Shown one piece after another: positions 1 through 10,407 of a DNA stretch of 28,870 nucleotides. Position numbers and translations under genes: made by a program. Numbering within the stretch: position 1 is the first letter of the stretch; every line of letters begins with the position of its first letter. This stretch comes from an uncultured Gammaproteobacteria bacterium (GTDB lineage Bacteria > Pseudomonadota > Gammaproteobacteria > UBA9214): positions 1 to 28,870 of the forward strand of contig CAVYZN010000018.1 of NCBI GenBank assembly GCA_963773065.1. Reading direction: 5' to 3'. The notes under the pieces are model-generated. The model was given only the letters and a program-made list of their open reading frames with translations. It was not told the origin of the DNA and did no database searches.

Positions 1-127
1 CCATTTTCAACTTCCGCCCAGAACCGGGCCGGAATCTACGGGCGCGGTGGAACAGCGGGAGAGTGATTAGCCGGTATGGGCGGTAACCGGCAAGGCCGGC
101 CGTGGTTAACCGAAGGAGGAGAAGATA

Positions 128-433
128 ATGGCGCGGTACCCTGCGAGAATACGGGCGCTATCGGGTATGTTCGTCGTGCTTCTGGCCGTGCTGGCGTTCG
201 GGACGCTGTTTTACCGCATGGTCGGTTACATGGAGTCGATCACCGTATCGATCGGGCGCATGAGCGACGATGTGGCATCCATGAGCCGGGAGATGACGGC
301 GATGCGGGAATCCATGCAAAAGATGGAAAGTCATATGGAGCAGCTGGGTGCTACGATGGGACAAGGTGCCCGGGAGATGCAACGGGTCAATCCGCTGCGC
401 ATGATGGAAGGCATGTCCCCGGGTAAAAATTAA
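128..433 (+). CDS. Small single-pass membrane protein with Met-rich coiled coil, function unknown
   Basis: GGAGGA upstream of the ATG; hydrophobic segment at aa 11-29; Met/Ile/Val/Leu in 4-3 heptad register at aa 31-84. Confidence 0.75.
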   Translation: MARYPARIRALSGMFVVLLAVLAFGTLFYRMVGYMESITVSIGRMSDDVASMSREMTAMRESMQKMESHMEQLGATMGQGAREMQRVNPLRMMEGMSPGKN

Positions 434-456
434 TGTCCAGCCATAAAGAAATGAAC

Positions 457-609
457 TCACCGCAAAGGCGCACGACTGCAGGGAGCAGGAGGTAGGGCAC
501 CAAAAGTAGGCGCTTTAGGCGACGCATGGAGCAGTTACCGAAAGAACGCAAAGCTGTTTAAATGTTTTTGTTAATAAGTTTCTTCGCGATCTTTGCGTCT
601 CTGCGGTGA
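457..609. repeat. Palindromic REP-like element (TCACCGCAAAGGCGCAAAG type) interrupted by a 69-bp insert
   Basis: Removing 472-540 restores TCACCGCAAAGGCGCAAAGAACGCAAAG, which matches the reverse complement of 582-609 at 24/28 positions. A half-copy recurs at 28266-28287. Confidence 0.7.
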
Positions 610-691
610 AAATGGTGTTTATAGATGAACGCAAATTCGTATCCAGCCATTGTGAAGCCTATCGCGCGCGCAGGCGTGTTATGAAACAGGA

Positions 692-1385
692 ATGACGATG
701 TACTGGGAAGATCGTAAAAAGGAAGAGACGGGCGTTGGCCGGATGACGTGGTCGATCTGGTCTATCCGATCGACTGCCACTATCTGCCGGTCGATCACAA
801 CTATGCGTTGGGCCAGGCGGTCGTGCAGGTGCTGTCCTGGTTGCCGGATGAGGAGGGCGCCGGTGTGCATCCGATCCAGGTGGCGATCTCCGCGCATGGC
901 TGGGAGCGGCCCGCCGGCGCCGACGATCTGCTGCATCTGTCGAAGCGCACCCGCCTGGTGATCCGGGTTCCGCGCCATCGCGTGGACGACGCTAAGGCGC
1001 TCGTCGGTCAACGGCTCGATGTGCGCGGACAGCACCTGGTGATCACCGGGGAACCCGCCGTGAGACCACTGCTGCCGAATACCACCCTGTATTCCCGTAA
1101 CGTGGCACTGGGCGCGGATGACGAGGACGGTTTCCTGCAGCGCGGCGGCGGACCTGCTGCAGCGGCTGGACATCCTGGTGCGCAAGATGCTGCCCGGCAG
1201 GGCCGGCGTGATCAGCACGCCGGACGGTCCGCTCACCACCCGCAGCCTGATGGTGGCCGATCTCGCCGCGGAGGAATCCCTCCGCCTGCAGCGGCACGGC
1301 CTGGGATCCCTGCCGCTATTTCGGTTGCGGGCTGTTCGTTCCCTACAAGGGGATCAAGGCCGTCAACCGGCAGTCGGAAGAGTAG
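692..1385 (+). CDS. cas6: Cas6 family endoribonuclease (type I-MYXAN Cas6/Cmx6-like), standalone; three apparent frameshifts
   Basis: Stitched frames read MYWED...PDDVVDLVYPIDCHYLPVDHNYAL...LLHLSKRTRLVIRVP...RSLMVADLAAEESLRLQRHGLGSCRYFGCGLFVPYK...EE*. LPxDH motif and C-terminal Gly-rich loop of Cas6 are present. Shifts near 738, 1146 and 1309. Confidence 0.85.
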
Positions 1386-1611
1386 ATCGCACGCGGCGAC
1401 ATGCATTCGTGCCTGGCGGCTGCCAGGTCGCCAGAGGGCCGGCTTGCCGGTCTGAAGTGCTATGAAGGCCATATTCCCGTTGACTTACCATGATTATGTT
1501 ACTGAATAACCCGTCGTTCGGCATTGCTTGTGTCATGATTAAGAGTAGGTAAAGCAACACGGTACCGGCGCCTGCCTGAAATTGTCGTTTTACATTGCCG
1601 GGGTGATCCGA

Positions 1612-2075
1612 GTGGAAAACTTTTTCCAATGGCGTCAGGAATGGACCCTCGATCCAGGAAATCTGGATGAACAGCACCGGATGCTGGTGGATGCGGTCAA
1701 CAAACTCGCCCCGCTTTACATGAAGGTGATCAGCAATGCGAAAGACAACAGCGCTTCCAGGGAGCAACTCACCGGGCTGCTGAGCCTTTTATACGGCCAC
1801 ATCGAACAGCATTTCCGTGACGAAGAGAAACTGATGCTGGAGTCGGCCTATCCCAGTCATAAAAGCCACGCACACGCGCATGTCATGCTCCTGGCGGAGT
1901 TGAAGAATTACTGCAACCGGATCACGAGCCGTGATGAAGAACTGGATATGGGACGCTGTATTCGCTCAAGACCTGGTTTATCACGCACATGCTGGACGAC
2001 AGGGAATTCGCCTCGCATTTCCATGCAACCCGGACCGGCGATGAATTCAACGGGCAACGCGGCGGCCGGTGCTGA
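1612..2075 (+). CDS. Bacteriohemerythrin (single domain); one frameshift near 1950
   Basis: W...LDEQH, HFRDEE and YP...HAHAH are present; after the shift the frame reads LKTWFITHMLDDREFA, completing the di-iron ligand set. GTG start at 1612 is inferred. Confidence 0.85.
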
Positions 2076-2112
2076 CTTATGATCCGCAATAAATTGTGGC
2101 GTCAATGAAGTG

Positions 2113-2148
2113 AAAACGGGCCTGGATCTTTAGCAATCCAGGCCCGTT
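2113..2148 (-). terminator. Rho-independent terminator between convergent genes
   Basis: Perfect 13-bp stem AACGGGCCTGGAT / ATCCAGGCCCGTT with an 8-nt loop and a short T run on the minus strand, 16 bp after the stop at 2165. Confidence 0.75.
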
Positions 2149-2164
2149 CCTGCCGGTTCACCGC

Positions 2165-4588
2165 TCAGGGCGTTTGGAGCCGGTTTCGCAGGTTGGGGTC
2201 GAACAGGTCCCCGCCATTCGGCAGGCACAGATCACTCCGTCCGTCGGCCGTATAACCGCCGGCGCCGCTGGCCGGTATCACCGCCGTGATGTCGTCCGCG
2301 CGGCCGTCGAGGTTATCATCGGAGGCCGTGTGACCGTTCGGCACGAACAATTGGGGGTGATCGAACGGCGCCTGGTCGCACTGCACCCGTGGATCGGTCA
2401 GTGTTTTCATGAAGGCCACCAGCGCGTCAATCTGCGCGTCGGTCGACTTGACGTCCCTGATGAAGAAGTCGACGTTCGTGCCGAAATCGGGGCCGGCAAG
2501 CGGCGCGGTGTCCTGGCCGAGCGGCCCCGTTCCCGAGGTGTCCCCGGTGTATGCCGAGTTAATCAGGCTCTTGTCCCGGCGACTTCCCCCGCGGGCGTAG
2601 AACTGCGTCTACCGATTTCAGGTCGCTGTAGTTGCCCGAGTGGAAGTAGGGCGGTGTCAGCGCCACGTTGCGCAGCGACGGCGTCTTGAAGGTCCCGTCC
2701 ACAAGATTCAGCTCGGTGTGTCCAGTTGAAACCAGGATTGACCGTACCACCCGTACACGGGTATGACGGCGTGCCACCGCCCTCGATGAGGGGATTGTTG
2801 ACACAGGGATTGATGCCGGTCGGGTCCACGACCTGCCCAAGCTGTTCGGCAACAAACATGCGCGCGGCCGAGAGCGTATTGCCGTGAATATCGAAACCAC
2901 CGGCCCCCGGGTCGAAACTCGCCGGCGTAACGCCGATATTGAAGAAGCCGCGATCGTGCACGCCGCCACACTGGTAAAGATTAGTCGTTGCGTTGAAGGT
3001 GCAATTAGCGCCTATTCCCCCCGGCGGACTGGCGTGGTCGATGCGGGATCGCTCGACCGGCACGAAGGTCTCGCCAGCCAGGAACTGTGCTTCGGAGAAC
3101 GTCGGGAAGACCAGCGGGTTCGCGAGCGGGTTTGTCACCGGATGGCAACCGCTGCAGGCTCGGGTTGCCGGGTTGCCTGATCCCCGTACCCCCGTTGTTG
3201 AACAAGCCGAAGCCCAGCACTTCCTGCGCGGTGAAACCCCCAAACTGGGGATCCGTGGGCGGGACGGGGCTGGTGAAGTGCCGTCCGGCAGAGCTGGCAG
3301 GTAACCACCGGGTCCCGGATGGGCACTAACACGGTAGCGTTACCGCCAGGGTTTGTGACGCGCGGAAGACAGCTCGCGAACCAGGTATCGAACTTGCTTT
3401 GATCGGATACCAGCGTCGCCTCGTACATCATGATGGCGATACCCCAGAACGCGGAGAAATTGTGTTCCATCTGGGTGTGGCCATTCATCCCGGTGCCCTT
3501 CTGCAATTGTCCGTCGGCCGTGATCTGGTAGCGGCCGGTGGCCTTCCAGTACTTGTCCTCAAACGCCAGTTTGATCAGCTTGTCGTAGCGGTAGGCCGGA
3601 GCCAGACCCTGTCCTGATTTATCGCGCAGAGCGCCGAGCACGCTGTCCTGGGCATGCACTTGTTGCTGACTCAACGGTCTTCTCAGCAGCAGCCGGCGCC
3701 CGACATCGGCGAAGGCGCGCCCCTCACAGGACATCTCCAGCTCGCTGAGCGGCGGGCCCACCGCCTGCGAGGCGAGGCTGGCGTTTTGAACCTGCAGATA
3801 ACCCAGCTCCGGTTTGCCGGCGCCATTGAGGACGATCAGCCGTTTACTGGGATCGGCCGCGATGTCCCGCGGGCCGAAAACATCGACGCCGTTGAATATC
3901 CTGTTGGCGCGGCCATCCCAGAAGTTACGGTCGTTGAATACCGCATTGATCGTGGTCGGCGTGTTGCGCGGCTCGACCATCCGGGAGGGAAATACGCCGG
4001 CATGGAAGATCGCGGCGCTGGGGTTGCCGCACCTGTCGTTGAGTCCCATCATGCGTCTGACCCGGTCGAAATCGCTGTCAAACGAGCCGGAGGACGAGGC
4101 CACGTCGTCGGTGGTAATCTCGAGCGGAGAGTTTCGGTTCTTGTAGTCCGTGAGCGAGTGGAAGGGAAAATCCGCGGCTTTCAGCTCGTAGGTGCCGTCG
4201 ATGTCGGTTGCTCCCGACTTCGTCCGCCCCGTGTTGCGGGCGCGTCAAGGGTTCACCGTCATAATCGGCGATATTGCCAAAGGCCGGTATCGGCCGTGGG
4301 CAGTTTTTACAGGCCGGGACTCAACTGATTGCGGATGCGGCTATCGGCGCCCGCGCTGAAGTGACAGCTTGCGCAGGCCTGGCCTTCGCTGCCGGCCTGT
4401 ATATCCCAGAACAGGGCCTTTCCCAACGCGATCGCCATTTGCTTGTTCTTGATGATTCCTGCTCCCACCGCGAGCTGCGGCGATACCGGCGGCAGTAAGC
4501 TGGATTGCACCAGTGGAGCCACCAGCAATCCTGTCGTGATAATGAATGTCGAACTCAGAATTATTGATCGTATGTGTAGCGTTTGCAT
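2165..4588 (-). CDS. Exported di-heme cytochrome c peroxidase/MauG family protein; several frameshifts
   Basis: Signal-like N-terminus MQTLHIRS... after AAGGGG; motifs LGKALFWD, CASCH, RNTPTTINAVFN, FWDGRA, CSGCH, FKTPSLRNVALTPPYFHSG and AFMKTLTDPRV..QAPFDHP, spread over several frames. Confidence 0.85.
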
Positions 4589-4884
4589 TGTTGTCCCCTT
4601 TCTCTCATGGTTGTTTTGCAAGCCATCCAGGCCTGCGGACATTATCGTGTCCCCGATGCTATAGGCCACCGACTATGGGTGGCGGCGGTCTTCATTTTCC
4701 GGAAGGCATTCAAAAGCAGGGGGACCGTCATCGTTAATTTCCCTTCGTTCTCGTTAAATTCCGTTTTTTCCTATTCCCTTTGATCGTTTTGTTATGGTCG
4801 TTTTTTGAGTTTGGCAAAGACTGCCCATCAATTCAATCTTTGTTGGCCTTCAAGACGTGATTTATCGCTCCAATCGAGTTTTTA

Positions 4885-4900
4885 TACGTAGTTTTACGTA
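4885..4900. promoter_or_regulatory. Candidate operator TACGTA-N4-TACGTA
   Basis: Dyad-symmetric 16-mer within a 10-bp-period repeat (ttatacgtag/ttttacgtag/ttttccgtgg) in the AT-rich region upstream of the di-heme gene. Confidence 0.4.
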
Positions 4901-5005
4901 GTTTTCCGTGGATATTGGTCAATGGGGGCAGACTCGATTGATCGTGAATTTCCAGTTAGCCACTGCATAATGAGGGATCAATCGAGTCTGACCTCATTGA
5001 CACCA

Positions 5006-6698
5006 TTACAGGACCACCGTCGCTGCCACCGTTCCCGCACGGTCGTGTTTCGCGCTCAAGCGGAGACTCATGCCGGCGGTGGCGCGCACCAACCACTCCA
5101 CCCGCAGACGATCATCGGTCACGTCGGCGGCCTGCCCGGCCCAGCCCGAGGGCGAGGAGGGTTTACCGGAACGGCCCTCGAGCTGTCCCAGCACCTTGCG
5201 CGGCGGGTCGCCAATCAGCGTTGCGCCCTCCGGCAGTTCGATCTCGCAGACCACGCCGCGCACCAGCTTGCGGTCGCGGGCGTGCCGGGTGAGATCGGTG
5301 GGCAGCCAGCCGCTGTTCTGCACCACGCACCACACGCGGAAGGTGTCGGGCGATACCGCCACCGCGCCGCTTTGCAGCAGCTCCAGGCGCGGGAAGATCA
5401 GGTTGTGCCAGACCAGCCAGCGCGGCAGCCGGTCGATCTCCTCCCGCAACAATTGCGGTGGCGGGTTCCAGAACGAGTACAGCGGATTCCAGCCACCCAG
5501 CTCGACGTGCCCCAGTTGCGGATGCTCCCAGGGATACCAGTCGATGTAGCCCTGTCCCTGCAGCGCCGTGTCGCTCCAGGCGAGCAGCTTGAGATCGTCG
5601 GCGAGTGGGTGTTCGCGGTACCAGTCGATGAACTTGTATTCCCCGATCCCGGCCTGGCGCTGCGGGCTCCAGAGTTCCACCGTCCAGGCGAACAGGCCGA
5701 GTTCCTCGTAGAGCCAGTCGTCCATGGCGCCAGTGATGACTTGCTGCGGGTGATAGCGGAACTCGTGGTAGGCGGAGATCGCGGGATAGCCGGTCAGCGC
5801 ATGGCCCTGTGCGCCGATCTTCTGGAACGCCCACAGGTCCTCGACCGGCATCTGCTCGTCCGCCTGATAGGAATAGGGGCGCAGCAGGACGCCGCTGTAG
5901 GAGTGCAGGGCGATGCCGGCGCAGACGTTGCGGTGCCGGGCGACGAAGTCGACCAGGGCATGCACCTCGGGCTCGGAGGTCGGGTAGCCTCCCGCCCCCT
6001 GCTGCTCGTGTTCACCGCGCCAGCGTCCGGGGAAGTTGCGGTTGAGGTCCAGGGTTTCCTTGCGCGGCTGCAGGGTGATGGTGCTGCCGTCGTAGTTTTC
6101 CAGCCGGCCCTCCGGCAGCAGGCGGTAGTAGTCGCCGCCGGTTTCCGCCGGCTCGCGCCGCACCAGCAGGCGCGGCTCCTCCGGGCACGCCTTCCAGGGG
6201 CCGTTGGGATCGGCGATGCGCATGCTCAGGATGCGCCCGTCGCCGTCGATGTCCTCGGTCATCAGCCCGCCGACGGGTGTCTCCTCGAACGGATAGGGGC
6301 GGGTGCTGGAGCGGATCAGCTTCGGGATGTCCGCGAGCGCCCATTCGGCGCCGTCCGGATTCGCCCGCGGGCAGATGTAGAAGGCGCGGCTGTCGAGGCA
6401 GCGGGTCACCTCCGGGTCCGTGCGCATAGCCGCTCAAGAGGTGGTCGATGAGCCGCAACGCGGCGGCCGAGGCCACCAGCTCGGCGCTATGGATGTTGGC
6501 ATCGACCCACAGCGCCGGCTTGTCCGTGTCCGGGCCGGTCGCGAAGCGGGTGATCGTGACCAGCCAGATGTCGCGACCCTCGAAGCTCTTGCCGATGCTC
6601 TGCAGTCGCGCCAGCCCGGGGTGGCGCGCCGTGTAGTCGTGCAGCACCCGGGTGAGTTCGTCGTAGCGGTAATAGGTATCGAAACGGGCAGCTTCCAC
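5006..6698 (-). CDS. M14 family zinc carboxypeptidase; one frameshift near 6424
   Basis: AAGGAG RBS and GTG start; IGKSFEGRDI, zinc motif HSAE, NPDG, DLNRNF, SEPE and LHSY; joins ORFs 6012..6698 and 5006..6427. Confidence 0.9.
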
Positions 6699-6833
6699 GG
6701 TAAACTCCTTGCAGCCGCTTACGCCGTGACTATACTCGCGCCGTGGTCATTTTCCAAAACGAAAACCGATGCTTATCAATAAACAGGGGTTCGTTACGGT
6801 AGTACCCTGTCATTAGCAACGAAAAGGCCAGTT

Positions 6834-8000
6834 ATGATTCGCTCAGCCCGGCTGGAGGACCTGGAAGCCCTGGTAGCCATCGAGAACCGCTCCTTCGACG
6901 TCGATCGTTTCAGCCGCCGCAGTTTCCGTTATCTGCTGACCAAGGCCAATGCCGAAACCCTGGTCTACGAGGAGCAGGGCCGGGTGCTTGCCTATGTCAT
7001 GTTGCTGTTCAACACCGGCACGTCGCTTGCCCGCCTCTATTCGCTGGCCGTCGACCCGGTGCTGAGAGGCCGAGGCATCGGCAGCGCCCTGATCGAGGCC
7101 GCCGAAGCCTCCGCCGTCGGACATGACTGCATCTACCTGCGCCTGGAAGTGCGCCGCGACAATACCACGGCGATACGCCTCTACGAGAAGCTCGGTTACA
7201 AGCGGATCGGCGTGCTGCCGGATTATTACGAAGACCACATGGAGGCCCTGCGCCACGAGAAGCTGCTGGCGCCGCATCTGGAACCGGACATGGTCCGGGT
7301 GCCGTATTACGAGCAGACCCTGGATTTCACCTGCGGGCCGTCGGCGCTGCTCATGGCCATGAAGGTGCTGGATCCGAAGGTCGAACTCAGCCGTCTGCTG
7401 GAGCTGCGCCTGTGGCGGGAATCCACCACCATCTTCATGACCTCCGGTCACGGCGGCTGCGGTCCCTACGGCATGGCGCTGTCGGCTTATCACCGCGGCT
7501 TCGATGTCGAGATCTATGTCAAGGAGCCGGGCGTGCTGTTCGTTGATTCCGTGCGCAGCGAGGAAAAGAAGGAAGTCATGCGCCTGGTGCAGGAGGACTT
7601 CATCGGCGAACTGGCGAAGCTGCCGGTCAAGCTCAGCCACCGGGCCTTGCGGGTGCATGAGATCCAGAAAAAATTCGAGTCGGGCGGCATGCCCATCGTA
7701 CTGATCAGTTCCTACCGGATCTACCGGGAAAAATTCCCGCACTGGGTGGTGGTGACCGGATTCGATGAAAAGTACATTTACGTGCACGACCCCTACGTGG
7801 ATTACGAGGCGGGCAAGACCGCCACCGATTGCATCAATATGCCGATCCTGAAAAAGGATTTCGAACGCATGGCCCGCTACGGCAAGGCCGGGCAGGAAGC
7901 CGCCCTGATCCTGAAACGGCGCAGCCGGGGCGCGCGCGCCAGGAGCGGTGACAAGACCGTGACCGAAAAGGCGCCTCTCGCGTCGGATGTCCGGACCTGA
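6834..8000 (+). CDS. RimI-like GNAT acetyltransferase fused to a DUF3335 (peptidase C39-like) domain
   Basis: GNAT motifs RGRGIG and LRLEVRRDN..AIRLYEKLGY; C39-like YYEQTLDFTCGP, LWRESTTIFMTSGHGGC, PHWVVVTG and HDP (Cys-His-Asp). Confidence 0.9.
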   Translation: MIRSARLEDLEALVAIENRSFDVDRFSRRSFRYLLTKANAETLVYEEQGRVLAYVMLLFNTGTSLARLYSLAVDPVLRGRGIGSALIEAAEASAVGHDCIYLRLEVRRDNTTAIRLYEKLGYKRIGVLPDYYEDHMEALRHEKLLAPHLEPDMVRVPYYEQTLDFTCGPSALLMAMKVLDPKVELSRLLELRLWRESTTIFMTSGHGGCGPYGMALSAYHRGFDVEIYVKEPGVLFVDSVRSEEKKEVMRLVQEDFIGELAKLPVKLSHRALRVHEIQKKFESGGMPIVLISSYRIYREKFPHWVVVTGFDEKYIYVHDPYVDYEAGKTATDCINMPILKKDFERMARYGKAGQEAALILKRRSRGARARSGDKTVTEKAPLASDVRT

Positions 8001-8028
8001 CTCAGCCTTCCGCCACCTCTGAACCATC

Positions 8029-8833
8029 ATGAGTGCGACCATGCAAATCAGCGGTGCAAACCATCAAGGCGCGGGGGAGGCTGATCGGTAAACAGCTCGA
8101 CCTCAGAAGCCTGGGCCAGGCGAAGCGGGTCGCCGTGCAGCCATTGGCGCTGTCTTCGGGTGACAAGGGGCTGGCCGTCCTGTTCCGCTACGGTGCGGTG
8201 GTGCTGTTCGATGTGCCGATCGAGGAGGAGGCCGCGCTGCTCGGCTCGCTGAGCCCCCTGGTTAGCGAGGGCGTGACCATAATCGAAACGGAGGATCTCG
8301 ACATCCGGATCGTTCCGGGGATCGAGGAAGGATTCAGCGGCGGAATCCTGCAGATACAGGAATCCTCGATGGACCGCTTGCAGACGGTCGCCGAGGTTCT
8401 GGCGCAAAGCATGGTGCTGGCGGAATACGAGGAGAGCATCGCCACGACCTTCGACCGGGTGGAACCGCTGGCGAAGGAGATGAAATACCGGGGCACCACC
8501 AACTGGGCCGCCGGCAAACTGCGGCGGGACATGGGCGACACCCTGCTCAGCCTGCATCGCATGGTGGGACGGGTGGAGGTGGGTGAGAAGCCGGAAATCC
8601 TCTGGGATCATCCCGAGCTGGAGCCATTGTACGTGCGGCTGGAACGGGAATTCGAGATCCGCGAGCGCAAGCTGGCCCTCGAGCGCAAGCTGGAGCTGAT
8701 TTCACGCACCGTGGAAACCCAGCTGGAGCTGCTGCAGGCCAAACACTCGCTGCGCGTCGAATGGTATATCGTCATCCTGATCGTCGTGGAGATCCTGCTG
8801 ACGCTCTACGAGCTGTTCGTGCGCAGCGGCTGA
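8029..8833 (+). CDS. RMD1/DUF155 family protein; probable frameshift near 8058
   Basis: LFRYGAVVLF, KPEILWDHPELE, EFEIRER and C-terminal RVEWYIVILIVVEI membrane helix. The true start is probably ATG 8029 or 8041 in another frame. Confidence 0.85.
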
Positions 8834-9123
8834 AGCGGCACTGACGGCGCGCGGTATGACGAGCGGCTGAAGCACCCATGGCGTAACCCTACCGTTGGTG
8901 TGATAGGAATTATAGAAGCGAATGTTACCATCGCATCACCAATTGACACGTTGGAATATGACGTTGAGGAGAGTATGCATTATAATTATTTATTATACTC
9001 CAGGCGCGGATGAATCCCTTCGAGTGAATACACGCGCGACTCGAACTGCCGGGTTGTAAAGCGGCCCGGATTTGGGAATGATGACGGTTTTTATTGGGCA
9101 GGGCCCGAATTCAGAGGTTTGTT

Positions 9124-10407
9124 ATGACTGGTGCGGTAACGACTGAGGCGCAGGATCCGGCGGCTAAGGACACGAACACGGCCGATGGCAAGAGCAGGAA
9201 GAAACGCACGGCGGGGCCGGCGACGAATCCGCTGACGCTCCGCCAGAGAGGAAGACGCCGATGGAAGAGCAGCGGCGCCAAGAAGGCGGACGGGAAGAAG
9301 CAAGCGAGGAAAGGGCCGACACCGGTCGCGATCTTCCGCCGGGGGGAGAAGTAGGTGGTAGGAAGGGCGGAGCCGGTGTCTGCCGAACTTCCACCCAGGC
9401 GGCGCGGGATACTTCTCGGCACGCGCCCCGGGACCGTGGCGCCTGCCGCCGCGGATGATGAGAAATCACTTGCCTGGATGGCGACGCAGGCGGTCAAGGC
9501 GCTGAACGCCGTCAAGGCCTCGCAACTGGAACAGGCGCAGGCGCTCAAGGCCAGGGCGGAAACATCCCAGGATGAGCAGACCCTGGCGTGGGAGGAGGAA
9601 GGCATCGCCCTCGATGCCGGTGAACCCGCGGCGTCCCGGGGGGGGGTCCCCGGGGATATGTCCAGACGAGCGCCCGTCGGACAGCCGGGTCCGGTCATGC
9701 AGTCTGTCGAGTCCTCGCCGGAGACGGTTACCGTCCAGCGGATACCTGCCGTTGCCCGCGGGGCCGCCGCGCCTCGCGTGCCGGCGAGCCTGATTGTCAT
9801 GCTGGGTATCCTGGCGATGATCGGCTGGCTGGGTTACCGGCACTGGATCGCCGCTGATCGCGCCGCGAGCGAGGTGTCCACCCCGACCACGGCGATCATC
9901 GAACCGGCCGGACCGGTGACGGGAGTGGAGCTGACGGCCCCGCCCATCAGCGTGGTGGCCGCGCCGGAACCCACGGCCGGACATTCCGAACCCGCTTCCA
10001 CCGAGGCTGACACGGCGCCAGCACTCGAGCCGGCGGCCATTGCCCCGGCTGCCGCGACCATGGAGCAGAGCGAGCCGGCGGCAACGGCGGCCACTCCGCA
10101 GGCGGAGGCGGCGGCCGGAGATGCCCCGCATCCGGTGCAGGCGAATCCGGCACCCGCCGCGATGCCGGGCGAGCGTGCCGCGCAGCCCCGCCGGCGGTGT
10201 GTCCGCGGCAACCGGCGTCACCGCCGATGTAGCCACAAGGCAGCCGGCGTCACCTGCACCCGATGTGACTCAAGGCAACCGGCGCCACCGGCGGCGCCCG
10301 CACCACGGCCGCAGTACCCGGCAAACGGCTACGGCTACTATCCGCCGCCGTCTTCCTGGCAGCCGTACTACCGGCCCGCGTATCCTCAGGCGCCGGCACG
10401 CCAGTAA
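9124..10407 (+). CDS. Hypothetical low-complexity membrane protein (Lys-rich N-terminus, one TM helix, Pro/Ala linker, Tyr/Pro tail); frameshifted
   Basis: GAGG precedes ATG 9124; ORFs 9094..9354 and 9355..10407 abut; TM segment LIVMLGILAMIGWLGY. Internal frames are uncertain. Confidence 0.55.

Noticed and set aside
434-691. Possible CRISPR array or leader next to cas6
   Set aside because: No regularly spaced direct repeats with unique spacers; the structure is an inverted repeat with an insert.
4922-6451. 509-aa plus-strand ORF
   Set aside because: Antisense shadow of the M14 peptidase in GC-rich DNA; no recognisable motifs.
6843-8042. 399-aa minus-strand ORF
   Set aside because: Antisense shadow of the GNAT-DUF3335 gene.
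8825-8873. 12-bp direct repeat AGCGGCTGAAGC around the RMD1 stop
   Set aside because: Only two short copies with 25 bp between them; not enough to call an att site or target duplication.
8941-9000. TTGACA plus AT-rich imperfect dyad GAGTAT...ATACTC
   Set aside because: The -35/-10 spacing does not fit (TATAAT is 32 bp from TTGACA) and the dyad matches no operator I can assign; probably promoter DNA but not callable.
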